Below are positions 48,658-58,472 of a stretch of 64,000 nucleotides of DNA, in pieces. The position numbers and the translations under genes were made by a program. Position 1 is the first letter of the stretch. Every line of letters begins with the position of its first letter. This DNA comes from Candidatus Melainabacteria bacterium (GTDB taxonomy: Bacteria; Cyanobacteriota; Vampirovibrionia; Vampirovibrionales; JAJTHC01): the NCBI GenBank assembly GCA_033763415.1, contig JANRKP010000031.1, forward strand, positions 10,202 to 74,201, given 5' to 3'. Below the pieces are notes generated by a model that searched no databases, was not told the origin of the DNA, and worked only from the letters and a program-made list of their open reading frames with translations.

Positions 48658-49464
48658 TCAATCCGCATTCTTCGGGTTTTGTATCGGTTTTACGCTGTGT
48701 GGAGCTGCTTCAAAAACGTGCCACCAGGCAACAAGAGCGGCCCCGGCCACAAAGCCACCCAGGTGGCCCCATACATCCACCACGTCCATCATTTGCCAGT
48801 TAAGCAAGGTTAAAATGAGCACGTAACCCAAAGCGCCCTGTAGGCTTTTAAAAAACGCCCTCCAGGGCTGAAGCCCCCGCAATGCCTGAAGACCTTCCTG
48901 AAGCAGCGCACGACTGATAAAAGCCCCTGTCAGTCCGTAGGTAATGCCGGAAGCCCCCATACTAAAGTGATCGGGCGTCAGCAGGCTTACCGCAATGGTT
49001 CCAGCCTGGGCCACCAGCATCAGTGCGAGCATTCGCCAGAAACCGAGATCTCGCTCCAGTAAGTGGCCCATAATGAGTAAACTCACCAGGTTGTTGAACA
49101 GGTGGGCCTCATTGGCGTGGAGTAGCGCCGCCGTGCCAGCTCGCCAAAACTCTCCAGAGAGAAACAACGTTTTGTGAAAAGACCCCAAAATAAGCCAGAA
49201 CGACGGCGTGTCCCTGAGGCAAGTTGCAGCTACAGGAACAGCGTCCTTCCAGAATGGCAAAAAGCATTCCAACGGGTTCTGTGCATTGCAAGATACAGAC
49301 CAAACAATCGGATGCGTTAAGCAAAAGACGATAAGCAAAAGCGCACTGAGGCTCAGCGTAGCCCAGGCAATTTGATAGCCTGATTTAGTCCTCTGAAGCT
49401 GCACAGGCTGGTGGGGGTCGGGGCTCAGGTGAGCATCATCATCCATCGGAAAAAGGCCCTGCAA
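48658..49464 (-). CDS. rhomboid family intramembrane serine protease
   Basis: Polytopic protein with GASGITYGL (GxSG catalytic Ser) and HLGGFVAGA (catalytic His). Confidence 0.8.
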   Translation of the reverse strand: MQGLFPMDDDAHLSPDPHQPVQLQRTKSGYQIAWATLSLSALLLIVFCLTHPIVWSVSCNAQNPLECFLPFWKDAVPVAATCLRDTPSFWLILGSFHKTLFLSGEFWRAGTAALLHANEAHLFNNLVSLLIMGHLLERDLGFWRMLALMLVAQAGTIAVSLLTPDHFSMGASGITYGLTGAFISRALLQEGLQALRGLQPWRAFFKSLQGALGYVLILTLLNWQMMDVVDVWGHLGGFVAGAALVAWWHVFEAAPHSVKPIQNPKNAD

Positions 49465-49618
49465 GTTGCCGGTTATACAACTGCCATAATACCTGTCTGC
49501 CCAGGGGCTGGCCAGTCCTTTAACTCAAAGGTATGATGGGACAAACAGCCCGGGCTCAACCGCATTTTTTCACCGAGTTCTTTCTCCATTCCCAAATTTA
49601 CAAGGAAGTTTCTTCATT

Positions 49619-50929
49619 GTGTCTGGTGCATCGCTGACTCATGCCCAACCCCTATACGCTCCATTTCAGGCAGGTTTAACGGATTGGCCCACCAGTATTT
49701 ATATTCATGTGCCGTTTTGCCAGTCTCGGTGTATTTATTGCGATTTTTACGTGGTACTGGCCAAATATGGCGGGCAAGAGGCATTTGTTAACGCGCTGTG
49801 CCAGGAAATGACGCAACGCTTTGGCCCGCCACGCCACACGCCGATTACTCTAAAAAGCTTGTATGTGGGGGGCGGAACGCCATCCTTACTGACGCCAAAA
49901 CACTATCAAAAAATTTTGGATCACCTCAGCGCCTGGTACGGAATAGATTCACAGACGGAAGTGACTCTGGAAGCCAACCCATCCTCAGGACCAGAGGCGG
50001 AATATTTTGCTCGGCGTGCGGATAAGAATGCGGAGACATCTTTTTCACACGCCCACGACAGAGAAACAGCTCAAAGCACCGAAGCGCATCCAGAGCAATT
50101 GACCGCCTGGCTCAGCGAATATCGTCGGGTTGGGTTTAATCGGCTCAGTATCGGGGTGCAAAGCCTGGTCGATCGGGAACTCCAGGCGCTGAGTCGTAGC
50201 CACCGCAGCGCCACAGTGGCGCGCTTTGTGCAGGCGGCCAAGCAGGCGGGCTTTGCCAACCTGTCTCTGGACTTTATGTACGGCATACCGCACCAAAGCC
50301 TGGAAAGTTGGCAGCAAACCCTAACGGCTCTCGACGCGCTCAACGTGCCCCACATCTCTTTGTACGGCCTACACGTGGCCTCTCGTACGCCACTAGCACG
50401 CCTGCTGCCCACCGGAGCCTACCCGCTACCCGACGATGAAACCACCGTGGCCATGTACCACTTGGCACTGGAAACCCTTTCTTGCGCGGGGTTTCAGTGG
50501 TATGAGTTTAGTAATCTGGCCCGCCCGGGTTTTGCCTCTGTCCACAATCCGGTTTATTGGCGTTGCGAAAACTACTGGGCCTTGGGCCCCAGCGCGCACG
50601 GCTACCTGAGCCCCACGCGTTATGTGGTGGCGGCAGATCTCTCCCGTTATTTGGAGGATCCTTGCGGTGGCGATACGTTTGAACACTACAGCGCCCAGCA
50701 ACAGTTGGAAAACGCCCTGATTTTCGGACTTCGACAGGCGGAAGGCGTCCATTTGCCGAGTTTGGAAAAGCGCTTTGGGGTGGACGTTGCCCGTCGTTAC
50801 GGTTCGGCCATGCAAACCTACCTGGATGCCGGTTGGCTGCTCTTTGAGCAGGACCGTTGGCGGATCACTCCGGCGGGAATTTCGATGAGCAACAGCATTT
50901 TGGCAGAGTTTATTGAGCTGGAGCCCTAG
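49619..50929 (+). CDS. hemW: radical SAM heme chaperone HemW / HemN-like
   Basis: IYIHVPFCQSRCIYCDFY (CxxxCxxC), GGGTPS and NRLSIGVQS. GTG start. There is a ~35-aa insertion between EANP and NRLS. Confidence 0.85.
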   Translation: MSGASLTHAQPLYAPFQAGLTDWPTSIYIHVPFCQSRCIYCDFYVVLAKYGGQEAFVNALCQEMTQRFGPPRHTPITLKSLYVGGGTPSLLTPKHYQKILDHLSAWYGIDSQTEVTLEANPSSGPEAEYFARRADKNAETSFSHAHDRETAQSTEAHPEQLTAWLSEYRRVGFNRLSIGVQSLVDRELQALSRSHRSATVARFVQAAKQAGFANLSLDFMYGIPHQSLESWQQTLTALDALNVPHISLYGLHVASRTPLARLLPTGAYPLPDDETTVAMYHLALETLSCAGFQWYEFSNLARPGFASVHNPVYWRCENYWALGPSAHGYLSPTRYVVAADLSRYLEDPCGGDTFEHYSAQQQLENALIFGLRQAEGVHLPSLEKRFGVDVARRYGSAMQTYLDAGWLLFEQDRWRITPAGISMSNSILAEFIELEP

Positions 50930-51058
50930 GCCGTGTTGAAGCCCCAACCGGGGTTGCTTTCGTGTTAAGGTTAACCGGCTTGCAACTCAAGCGTCTAGTC
51001 GTCTTGTCGTGCCGCAATACCGGTAGGCACAGCCCCCTACGTTGAATTTTACTCTCTC

Positions 51059-51592
51059 ATGAACCGTCACTCCCACCTTTCCTCAGCGCGCCTGGCCACA
51101 CATCAGCAGTGGATGCGTTTGGCGCTGGAACAGGCGGCCAAGGCCCTGCCGACCGATGTTCCGGTTGGGGCAATGTTGGTGCAAACGACTACCGGCCGCT
51201 GTATTGCTTCGGGTTACAACCGGCGAGAGTTTTCTGCCAGCCCCACGGCGCATGCGGAACTGCTGGTGCTTGAGCGCGCCGCACAACAGTTGGGCCGCTG
51301 GCGCCTGAGCGATTGCACCCTTTACGTGACCCTGGAGCCCTGCCCGATGTGCGCCAGTGCGATGCGTCAGGCCAGGTTGGGGCAACTGGTGTTTGGCGCC
51401 GCCGATGTGATGTTGGGTGCGGCCGGGTCGCGGTATAATTTATTGCAGGACCCTGCCCCCTTGCCCGCCGTTCCGGTACTGGCCGGTGTTTTAGAAGCGC
51501 CCTGTCGGCAGTTGTTGCAGGCCAGCTTTTTACCCCAGCGCAAGGCGCACGCCTTGCCAAGCAGTGAACCGTATAGAGATTGCGATGTTTGA
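51059..51592 (+). CDS. tadA: tRNA adenosine(34) deaminase
   Basis: HAELLVL and PCPMCASA form the CDA zinc motif. Confidence 0.9.
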   Translation: MNRHSHLSSARLATHQQWMRLALEQAAKALPTDVPVGAMLVQTTTGRCIASGYNRREFSASPTAHAELLVLERAAQQLGRWRLSDCTLYVTLEPCPMCASAMRQARLGQLVFGAADVMLGAAGSRYNLLQDPAPLPAVPVLAGVLEAPCRQLLQASFLPQRKAHALPSSEPYRDCDV

Positions 51593-52004
51593 ACATTACT
51601 TTACGCTGGAAGAAGCCGCCCGCCTGCTGCCTATGGTGCGCCGGGTGTTTGAGGAAACCCACGAGGAACTGAAAAACGTTCAGGATGATATTGTGCTGTC
51701 TCAGCGAATTTTGCTGACCCGCAAGCGCGAAGGCCAGGAGCCTCCGGCCGAAGCAGTGGCCCTGTTGGAGCGTAAAATCTCTCATTACGAAAAACGTCTG
51801 GAACACTGGCTGAGCCAGTTGACGGATCGCGGCATTCTGGTGAAAGATGTCAGTCGTGGGCTGATCGATTTTCCGTACCGGGCCGCCGATGGCAGCGAAT
51901 ACCTGTTGTGCTGGGAATTGGCCGATGACGACAGCCTGCTGTACTTTCACGGGCTGGAGGAGGGCTATCGCGGGAGACGTCCCATTACCCTGCTCCCGGA
52001 TTAA
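51585..52004 (+). CDS. DUF2203 family protein
   Basis: FTLEEAARLLPMV.., GILVKDVSRGLIDFP and LLCWELADDDSLLYFH resemble DUF2203. ATG 51585 overlaps the tadA stop by 8 nt. Confidence 0.7.
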   Translation: MFEHYFTLEEAARLLPMVRRVFEETHEELKNVQDDIVLSQRILLTRKREGQEPPAEAVALLERKISHYEKRLEHWLSQLTDRGILVKDVSRGLIDFPYRAADGSEYLLCWELADDDSLLYFHGLEEGYRGRRPITLLPD

Positions 52005-52025
52005 AGCCGTACCCTATAACCACGT

Positions 52026-52161
52026 GGTGAAGACATTCAGCGTCCTCACAGGCGTTTTTGCTGTTGTTGCGGTGGAGGGCCCGCCCCAGTCAATGAGTTC
52101 AGTCTAAACCCCTATTGCCGCGCTCCTTACACCGACAAACTGCTCCGCGAAAACATTGAAT
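52026..52161 (-). repeat. dispersed intergenic repeat, copy C
   Basis: Its reverse complement aligns with copy A over ~135 nt. It lies between two convergent stop codons (52004 and 52173). Confidence 0.8.
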
Positions 52162-52172
52162 TTCAGCACGAG

Positions 52173-53111
52173 CTATGCTCCCTTACGGAATTTCCCATCA
52201 CAGGCCGTGTCCGCGCAATCTTTAATCTGTTTGGAATGTTGAAGGGTTTCCAGCGGGGTTTGATGTTGGCGTACAACATCACCGTACACGTATTCTTTCA
52301 TTTGTTGCTTGCTGTAGTTTGTAAACGCTTGCGGGTGCATTTCTGTATAGTGTGCAATATCAAATATCTTATAGGCGTTTTTACGAAACCAATCCCCGTC
52401 TTGAGTCATGCTATTGGTAATTACATCAACCAGTTGCCAGTCAGTTTCATTTAACCCATGCCGGTGATCAACATCAAGCACGCGTTCGGCTAACTGCTCA
52501 AAGGCGGCGGTTTGTTCATTCACGGCTTTACGCTCCTGCACCAGGGTGAGCTCTTGTCGATTGGTCATTAACCCGCTGTTGATATAGTAATCCACTCGCT
52601 GACTAAAACGTTGCTGGGCCCCGGAAAGCATTTTTCCAGACTGTGCCAGATCATAGAGCTGATTGGATATCTCAGGGGCTTCATCAGAAAGTGCTTTGGC
52701 TATTTTTTCCAGGCCTTGCGCGTAACGCTCGGTCGCTTCAGCCTGCTCACCAAACCCGGCGGCGGTTTCGCCCAAATCCACCTGGCTGCCATCTTTAAAC
52801 ACGATATTCAACTGCCCATTTGCATTTAAGGCCAGGCGAGCGTTTTCTATCTGTGGGGCAGGGATCAACGGAGAAGGATCGACAGCCGCCTGAGGCTGGG
52901 AAGCAGGATGAATAGGGGCATGAATGGAGGACTGTGCTTGCTTTGTGCCGCCGGAAGAGAATTGTACGCCGCGATTCAGCATAGTTTGCAGTTCGGAGCC
53001 CAACAAGGATAGCCCTGCAACTGTACCCAGGCAGACAATGCCCAGTAAAATGCAATATTCTCCCAACGATTGTCCTTTGCAGCGCATTTGCAACGGGTTC
53101 ATTTGCCGCAT
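52173..53111 (-). CDS. protein with Flp/Fap-pilin-like N-terminus and ~260-aa C-terminal extension
   Basis: KG|QSLGEYCILLGIVCLGTVAGLSLLGSELQTMLN fits the Flp prepilin G/xxxxEY motif plus hydrophobic helix. ATG 53102 is better spaced from GAAGGA than ATG 53111. Confidence 0.6.
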   Translation of the reverse strand: MRQMNPLQMRCKGQSLGEYCILLGIVCLGTVAGLSLLGSELQTMLNRGVQFSSGGTKQAQSSIHAPIHPASQPQAAVDPSPLIPAPQIENARLALNANGQLNIVFKDGSQVDLGETAAGFGEQAEATERYAQGLEKIAKALSDEAPEISNQLYDLAQSGKMLSGAQQRFSQRVDYYINSGLMTNRQELTLVQERKAVNEQTAAFEQLAERVLDVDHRHGLNETDWQLVDVITNSMTQDGDWFRKNAYKIFDIAHYTEMHPQAFTNYSKQQMKEYVYGDVVRQHQTPLETLQHSKQIKDCADTACDGKFRKGA

Positions 53112-53206
53112 CCTTCACTGGAGTTCTATCTTTTAGAAGTCGATATTGCTGGCTCCAGATCGAATATCGGATCTGTTGTCAGGAATCCTCAGGAACGTTT
53201 GAGCAT

Positions 53207-54817
53207 TTGTTAACAGAATTTGTCGTTGAGAAAATGGCAGGGGATGTCGTTTATTCGCGTTTTGCTCTTTGCTCGGTTCTGGAAACGGCGGGCTGGATGG
53301 ACAAAGCGTCTGAAGTGTACTATCTTGAGAAGAGTTTACCCGGTAATAGACGGTTATTATTGCTTGCTGTGAATCCTACCCAACCTAAACCCGCAATGCC
53401 CACACCCTCGCCTGGCCCATTTCGGCCAAACACCGTCCAAAAACCATCTCTGCCGCCCCCGCGCAGGCACCGATGGAAAAAAGTGCTGTTGTTTTTATCC
53501 ACGGTATTGCTGTCTACCCTGCTGTTGTTGCTGATTGCTGTTTCCATTTTCGGCCCCAGGCTGGGCTCTTTCTCCAACGTGGATCCCAGAAATATTTTGC
53601 AGCTTCCCATTCTGAACGATGATCAGATTGTGTTGCTCATGGGGGTTGATTCCAACCAATTTGTACCTGGCGTGAAAGATGGCTTTCAGGCCACACGCTC
53701 CGACACCATGCTGCTGGTTCGGCTAAGCCCGCGCTACAAAACTATTTCGGTGGTCTCCATTCCCAGAGACAGCAAGGTGTTCTTGCCCAACGGCTCGGTG
53801 GGTAAAATTAACAGCGCCCACGCCATTGGGGGCGCCGAGTATGCGGTAAAAACCGTCACAACTTCTTTTGGCATTCCGGTCAGTCACTACATGGTTGTGG
53901 ATCTCAAAGGAATTCGAGACGTGGTGGATGCCGTGGGCGGGGTGGATGTGTATGTGGAAAAGCCCATGCACTACCGAGACCGAACGGCGAAGCTGACCAT
54001 TGACTTTGAGGTGGGCACCCACCATCTGAACGGCGCCCAGGCAGAGGCTTACCTGCGCTTTCGGCACGATGCCCTGGGTGATATTGGTCGTATTCGGCGC
54101 CAGCAGTATTTTCTATCTGCCTTGGCCGATCGGATGAAAGATCCCCTGATGTTGCCCCGTTTGCCCGGCCTGGTTCACACGGTTTCCAAGTACGTTCAAA
54201 CCGATTTGGAGGCGGGCGATCTGCTAAAAATGGCCGCATTTGCCCGTTCGGTGGATTTGGCCAGTATTCGGACTGCCACAATTCCCGGCAATCCATCGGG
54301 TCCGCACAACACGCTGAGCTATTGGATTGTGAACCCAGAGGCAACCCAAAAGCTTCTGGATCATCTGATTCTCAACGTGGGCTCTCATCAGGAGGCCTCT
54401 TCGGCTGCCACGGGCGCCCTGCGGGTGGGCATTTTGTACGATCGCACCGTGACCACCCATTTGCCAAACCTGACGGAACGCTTAAAAAACGCGGGCTACG
54501 AGGTGCTTTGTCAGCAACCAACCCGGGGGGCCAAAACCCGTATTGTGGAACACAGCTACCACACCACGGATGAAGACTTACAGCGCTTTCGTCGTCATCT
54601 TCCAGCGTTGTCCAAGGTGCGCTTGGTGTTTGCCCCGGTAAACACCACGTACGAGTCGGTGGCGTGCGACAGCCGGGCCGATTATACAGTTGTCCTAGGG
54701 CAGGATGCCGTGCGGTTCATTTCAAAGGGGAAACACCATGACCACCGATCTGTTGATGTTGCCAGACTGGATGCCACAAGGGGCCAGAAAGACTCCCAGG
54801 TCCGCCCAGCGCTTTAG
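53207..54817 (+). CDS. LytR-CpsA-Psr (LCP) family protein with LytR_C-like C-terminal domain
   Basis: There is an N-terminal TM, then RSDTMLLVRL, SIPRDSKV, INSAHAIGG, and YLRFRHDALGDIGRIRRQQ. Confidence 0.85.
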   Translation: MLTEFVVEKMAGDVVYSRFALCSVLETAGWMDKASEVYYLEKSLPGNRRLLLLAVNPTQPKPAMPTPSPGPFRPNTVQKPSLPPPRRHRWKKVLLFLSTVLLSTLLLLLIAVSIFGPRLGSFSNVDPRNILQLPILNDDQIVLLMGVDSNQFVPGVKDGFQATRSDTMLLVRLSPRYKTISVVSIPRDSKVFLPNGSVGKINSAHAIGGAEYAVKTVTTSFGIPVSHYMVVDLKGIRDVVDAVGGVDVYVEKPMHYRDRTAKLTIDFEVGTHHLNGAQAEAYLRFRHDALGDIGRIRRQQYFLSALADRMKDPLMLPRLPGLVHTVSKYVQTDLEAGDLLKMAAFARSVDLASIRTATIPGNPSGPHNTLSYWIVNPEATQKLLDHLILNVGSHQEASSAATGALRVGILYDRTVTTHLPNLTERLKNAGYEVLCQQPTRGAKTRIVEHSYHTTDEDLQRFRRHLPALSKVRLVFAPVNTTYESVACDSRADYTVVLGQDAVRFISKGKHHDHRSVDVARLDATRGQKDSQVRPAL

Positions 54818-54827
54818 TAGCAAGCCA

Positions 54828-55619
54828 ATGCGCAGTGTTAAGCTGGCCGCCACCTTGGGCGTCGTGGCTACAGCGGTGTTGGGCCTTTTGTGGGCTTTGC
54901 CTCCGGTTGTGCAGGCTCAAATTGGTCCGCAACCAGCCCCGGTCAAAGAATCGTTGATTAAGCCCGGCGAAAAGCCAAATTTTGAAACGGTTAAAGAAAC
55001 CGTCAAAGAATCCCTGAAAAAGATGTTTCTGGCGCCGGTACCCAATGCGGATGGCACCATGGGCGAGGATCCAGAGGCTGCCGCCAAAAAGCCCAGCATG
55101 CCCAAAAGTCCGCCATTGTTAACACCCCAGACAGGGCCGGAGGCGGAAATTGCCGAGCCGGAAATTAGTGAGGAAAGCCCACCGCCCGTCAAGTTGGTTC
55201 AGGTGGATAATCCCAGCAACGCACTCGGGTTTCGCCATGCGGAAAATCGGTTAAAAGCCTGTGTGGACCTGATGAGCAATGAAAAGTACGAAGCCGCTGA
55301 TACCTGTTTAACCACCGTGCGCCGTTGGTTGGTGGATGCGACCGAGGGCCACATTAACCTGTATAAAACGCTCAACAAGGTGCCCAGCGCGCGCGCGCAA
55401 GCCGAGCTGGAGAAACAACTGGCGCTCAAGTTCGCCACCCTTCGCGATCAGGCGCTGTTTCGCTCCGGGCAACTGTACGTGATTAAAAACGAGCCGCAAA
55501 AGGCCACGCGAGAGCTGGTCGAGGTGGTTAAATCCCAACCTCGCAGCGATATGGGGGTCAAAGCCTACGAAATGTTACAATCGATTGGCTTTACCGAAAA
55601 ACTCCAACTGGTGGAGTAG
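54828..55619 (+). CDS. hypothetical secreted or membrane-anchored protein
   Basis: MRSVKLAATLGVVATAVLGLLWALPPVVQAQ looks like a signal or anchor, followed by a Pro/Glu-rich linker and a helical C-terminal domain. Earlier in-frame starts (54705, 54738) would overlap the LCP gene. Confidence 0.5.
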   Translation: MRSVKLAATLGVVATAVLGLLWALPPVVQAQIGPQPAPVKESLIKPGEKPNFETVKETVKESLKKMFLAPVPNADGTMGEDPEAAAKKPSMPKSPPLLTPQTGPEAEIAEPEISEESPPPVKLVQVDNPSNALGFRHAENRLKACVDLMSNEKYEAADTCLTTVRRWLVDATEGHINLYKTLNKVPSARAQAELEKQLALKFATLRDQALFRSGQLYVIKNEPQKATRELVEVVKSQPRSDMGVKAYEMLQSIGFTEKLQLVE

Positions 55620-55663
55620 CGTTCAACCGGTCAAACACGCGCAAGACAGGGAAAGATTATCGA

Positions 55664-56092
55664 ATGCTTGGCTCAGCAGGAACGCCAGCGGCGTTTGGTC
55701 CTTCTGGTGAAGTGCCCGTACAACGCATTGGCTATGTTTCTTATCAACTGCGCTGTTGCGTGCCCTTGTCCGGTGGCGGGGTGGCCCGTATCTGTCGGTT
55801 TTTTGCCGATTGCCAGGTAAAAATTAGCGATATTCGACTGATTGAATCGCCTCGTCTGCCGGGCGATGGCTTACTGACAATGAGTCTGTTGCTGCCAGAG
55901 GGTGATAGCAGTTTGCCAGACAGTTTACTGAAACAGTTGGAATACCTGTTAGCCAATAGCCGTACAGAAAACGCAAATGCCGGGCCTGCGCGGCCCAAGG
56001 TGCGTTCGGCTCATACCCCTGTACAGGCGCAATCTTCCGTTTGGCTTGGCCTGCAACTAGAGCGTATGCCCAAAGAGGCTATGCGCCCGTAA
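55664..56092 (+). CDS. hypothetical protein (possibly ACT-like)
   Basis: An ORF with no recognised motif. Its beta-alpha-beta-like pattern is reminiscent of ACT domains. Confidence 0.35.
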   Translation: MLGSAGTPAAFGPSGEVPVQRIGYVSYQLRCCVPLSGGGVARICRFFADCQVKISDIRLIESPRLPGDGLLTMSLLLPEGDSSLPDSLLKQLEYLLANSRTENANAGPARPKVRSAHTPVQAQSSVWLGLQLERMPKEAMRP

Positions 56093-56303
56093 CGCTGGAT
56101 GCCTGCTGCTGTTTGCGGTACTCCGAGGTGAGTTGACCCGCAAAGCCCCAGTTATCCGGCTCAATCTCTTCAATAACAATGTGGGTATGCTCTGGCTTTT
56201 TATCGAGCACCCGAACCAACGTATCGGTAAACTCCGCGATGATTTGGGCCTTTTGCTCGCGGGTTACCCCATCTCGGGTAATTTTCAGGTTTAAATAAGG
56301 CAT
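56079..56303 (-). CDS. 4-oxalocrotonate tautomerase family protein
   Basis: MPYLNLKITRDGVTREQKAQIIAEFTDTLVRVL has Pro1 and the typical 4-OT core. Confidence 0.75.
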   Translation of the reverse strand: MPYLNLKITRDGVTREQKAQIIAEFTDTLVRVLDKKPEHTHIVIEEIEPDNWGFAGQLTSEYRKQQQASSVTGA

Positions 56304-56567
56304 AATGTAGCGGCATCATCCTTGTAACAGGCTGCTAAAGAAAAAACATCCTAACACAGGAGTTGCTTTCTATGCATAGCCAGTTGTATTTGGCAAGTGC
56401 TGGTAGACAGGCGCATTTTTGAGCTAGGATAAAGAGGTTGCCTTCAGAAAAATACAATTGCTCGACTCAATCATCGCAACAATTGCTTGAACGGAAGGCC
56501 GTATATATGAGAGTAAAAGAAAGCGTTTTTGGGAGGGTGTGGCCCGATGGGAACACAGGCGTGTCAT

Positions 56568-58070
56568 ATGGAAGCAAATCAACAGTCGGAAGTGAAGACC
56601 TACGGCAATTATATTGATGGCAAATGGCAGCCATCCGTCAGCGGTAAAACGTTTGAAGACCGGAACCCGGCCAACCCTTCGGACTTGATTGGTCATTTTC
56701 CGGCCTCCAACGCGCAAGACATCCAGGCCGCTGTGGCGGCGGCCAAAAAAGCGTTTGATACCTGGCGCCTGGTGCCCGCGCCCAAACGCGCCGAGATTTT
56801 ATTTCGGGCCGGACAAATTTTAATTGAGCGCAAAGAATCCCTGGCCCGGGAAATGACCCGGGAAATGGGCAAGGTGCTGGCCGAGGCCCGCGGCGACGTG
56901 CAAGAAGTAATCGATATGACGTTCTACGCGGCCGGGGAAGGCCGTCGGTTGTTTGGCCACACCACCCCGTCTGAGTTGCAGAACAAATTTGCCATGTCCG
57001 TGCGGATGCCCGTGGGGGTTTGCGGCCTGATTACGCCGTGGAATTTCCCGATGGCCATTCCTAGCTGGAAGGTGATGCCTGCCTTGGTGTGTGGCAATAC
57101 CGTGGTCATTAAGCCCGCCAGCGATACCCCACTGATGACGCTGCGGTTAGTCAAAGTGTTGGAAGAGGCAGGTCTGCCTCCGGGCGTGCTGAACCTGGTG
57201 TGCGGTTCTGGCCGGGAGACGGGCGAACCGCTGATGCAGCACCCGGATGTGCGGCTGATTTCCTTTACCGGCTCGTGTGAAGTAGGCCGACATGTGAACG
57301 AAATGTGCGCCCCTGGCTTCAAGCGCGTTTCCTTGGAAATGGGTGGCAAGAACGCGGCCATTGTAATGGAAGACGCCAACCTGGATTTGGCGGTGGATGG
57401 CATTTTGTGGGGCGCTTTTGGCACCTCGGGCCAGCGCTGTACGGCCACCAGCCGGGTCATTGTTCACCGCGATGTACACGCCGCACTGCGCGATAAGCTG
57501 GTGGCGCGAATTGAGACCCTGAAACTTGGCTATGGCTTAAACAGCGGGGTGGACGTGGGCCCTGTGGTAAACGAGGCCGCGATGAACAAAATTTTGGAAT
57601 ACATCCAGATTGGCCAGAGTGAAGGCGCCCAAAAACTTACCGGTGGGGCCCGAGATACGGCGGCAGGCGAAGGTTGGTTTGTGCAACCCACCCTGTTTGA
57701 CAACGTGACACCAACCATGCGCATTGCCCAGGAAGAAATTTTTGGACCCGTCACGGCGCTAATTCCCGTTGGGAGCTTTGAAGAGGCGATTCGGGTGGCC
57801 AATGGCATTGATTTTGGACTATCAACGGCCATTTACACGAAAAACGTCAACCGGGCCTTTACCGCCATGCGCGATCTCGAATCCGGCCTGACCTACATTA
57901 ACGCCCCCACGATTGGGGCAGAAGTTCACCTGCCGTTTGGTGGGGTAAAGAACACGGGCAACGGCCACCGAGAGGCGGCGGAAACCTGCCTGGATACCTA
58001 CACCGAATGGAAGGCTGTGTTTGTGGACTACAGCGACAAGCTGCAACGCGCCCAAATCGACGCCGACTAA
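56568..58070 (+). CDS. NAD(P)-dependent aldehyde dehydrogenase
   Basis: [12 protein letters not shown], the GQRCTATSR catalytic Cys and EEIFGPV. ATG 56568 gives a typical ~500-aa length. Confidence 0.9.
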   Translation: MEANQQSEVKTYGNYIDGKWQPSVSGKTFEDRNPANPSDLIGHFPASNAQDIQAAVAAAKKAFDTWRLVPAPKRAEILFRAGQILIERKESLAREMTREMGKVLAEARGDVQEVIDMTFYAAGEGRRLFGHTTPSELQNKFAMSVRMPVGVCGLITPWNFPMAIPSWKVMPALVCGNTVVIKPASDTPLMTLRLVKVLEEAGLPPGVLNLVCGSGRETGEPLMQHPDVRLISFTGSCEVGRHVNEMCAPGFKRVSLEMGGKNAAIVMEDANLDLAVDGILWGAFGTSGQRCTATSRVIVHRDVHAALRDKLVARIETLKLGYGLNSGVDVGPVVNEAAMNKILEYIQIGQSEGAQKLTGGARDTAAGEGWFVQPTLFDNVTPTMRIAQEEIFGPVTALIPVGSFEEAIRVANGIDFGLSTAIYTKNVNRAFTAMRDLESGLTYINAPTIGAEVHLPFGGVKNTGNGHREAAETCLDTYTEWKAVFVDYSDKLQRAQIDAD

Positions 58071-58078
58071 AACGCAAT

Positions 58079-58111
58079 GTTTGGTTTTCGCCAGCATGCG
58101 CTGAACCAAAC
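58079..58111 (+). terminator. hairpin just after the ALDH stop (weak terminator candidate)
   Basis: GTTTGGTT / AACCAAAC form an 8-bp stem with an inner CAGC/GCTG stem. No U tract. Confidence 0.3.
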
Positions 58112-58381
58112 AGCGTCTCCAGCCTAAACAATGACGATCCTTTGCGTGCCAGCTTTGTCTATTACGCTGCTGTGCATTCAGGGGATCGTCCCCTTTAGTT
58201 GGAGGGTCTATGGGCCGATACAGTGAAGAGAGCGATGCTCGACAAGAAACTGAACGAAAAAGCGGTCAATTGGACTGGCGTCTGTTTTTTTGGATTCATC
58301 AACTGGTTTTTTTCAAGGGCTTTGCTTTTTTTAGAGCGCGGTTATAATACACGCTTTAATAACGCGCGCACGCTCCTTTCT

Positions 58382-58449
58382 AGTAACTCAATTCTGGTAA
58401 CTCTATTATGATTGGTAACTCTATTTTGACTGGCAACTCCATTTTGATA
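58382..58449. repeat. 18-nt x ~3.8 tandem repeat directly upstream of the first pilin-like gene
   Basis: AGTAACTCAATTCT / GGTAACTCTATTATGATT / GGTAACTCTATTTTGACT / GGCAACTCCATTTTGATA. The array ends 23 nt before ATG 58473. Confidence 0.9.
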
Positions 58450-58472
58450 AGTGCAACGGATAGGAAACACCC

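Noticed and set aside
51189-51950. 253-aa ORF antisense to tadA/DUF2203
   Set aside because: It overlaps two well-supported plus-strand genes and its sequence is Arg/Gln/Pro-rich and featureless.
56079-56092. Two convergent gene pairs overlap by exactly 14 nt (56079-56092 and 59782-59795)
   Set aside because: The overlapping sequences are unrelated (CTATGCGCCCGTAA versus TTAGCTGGAACTAG). One partner (55664..56092) is itself weakly supported, so this is most likely coincidence.
58382-58449. Tandem repeats here and elsewhere as a mini CRISPR array
   Set aside because: The units are directly adjacent with no spacers, are only 11-18 nt long, and no cas genes are present.
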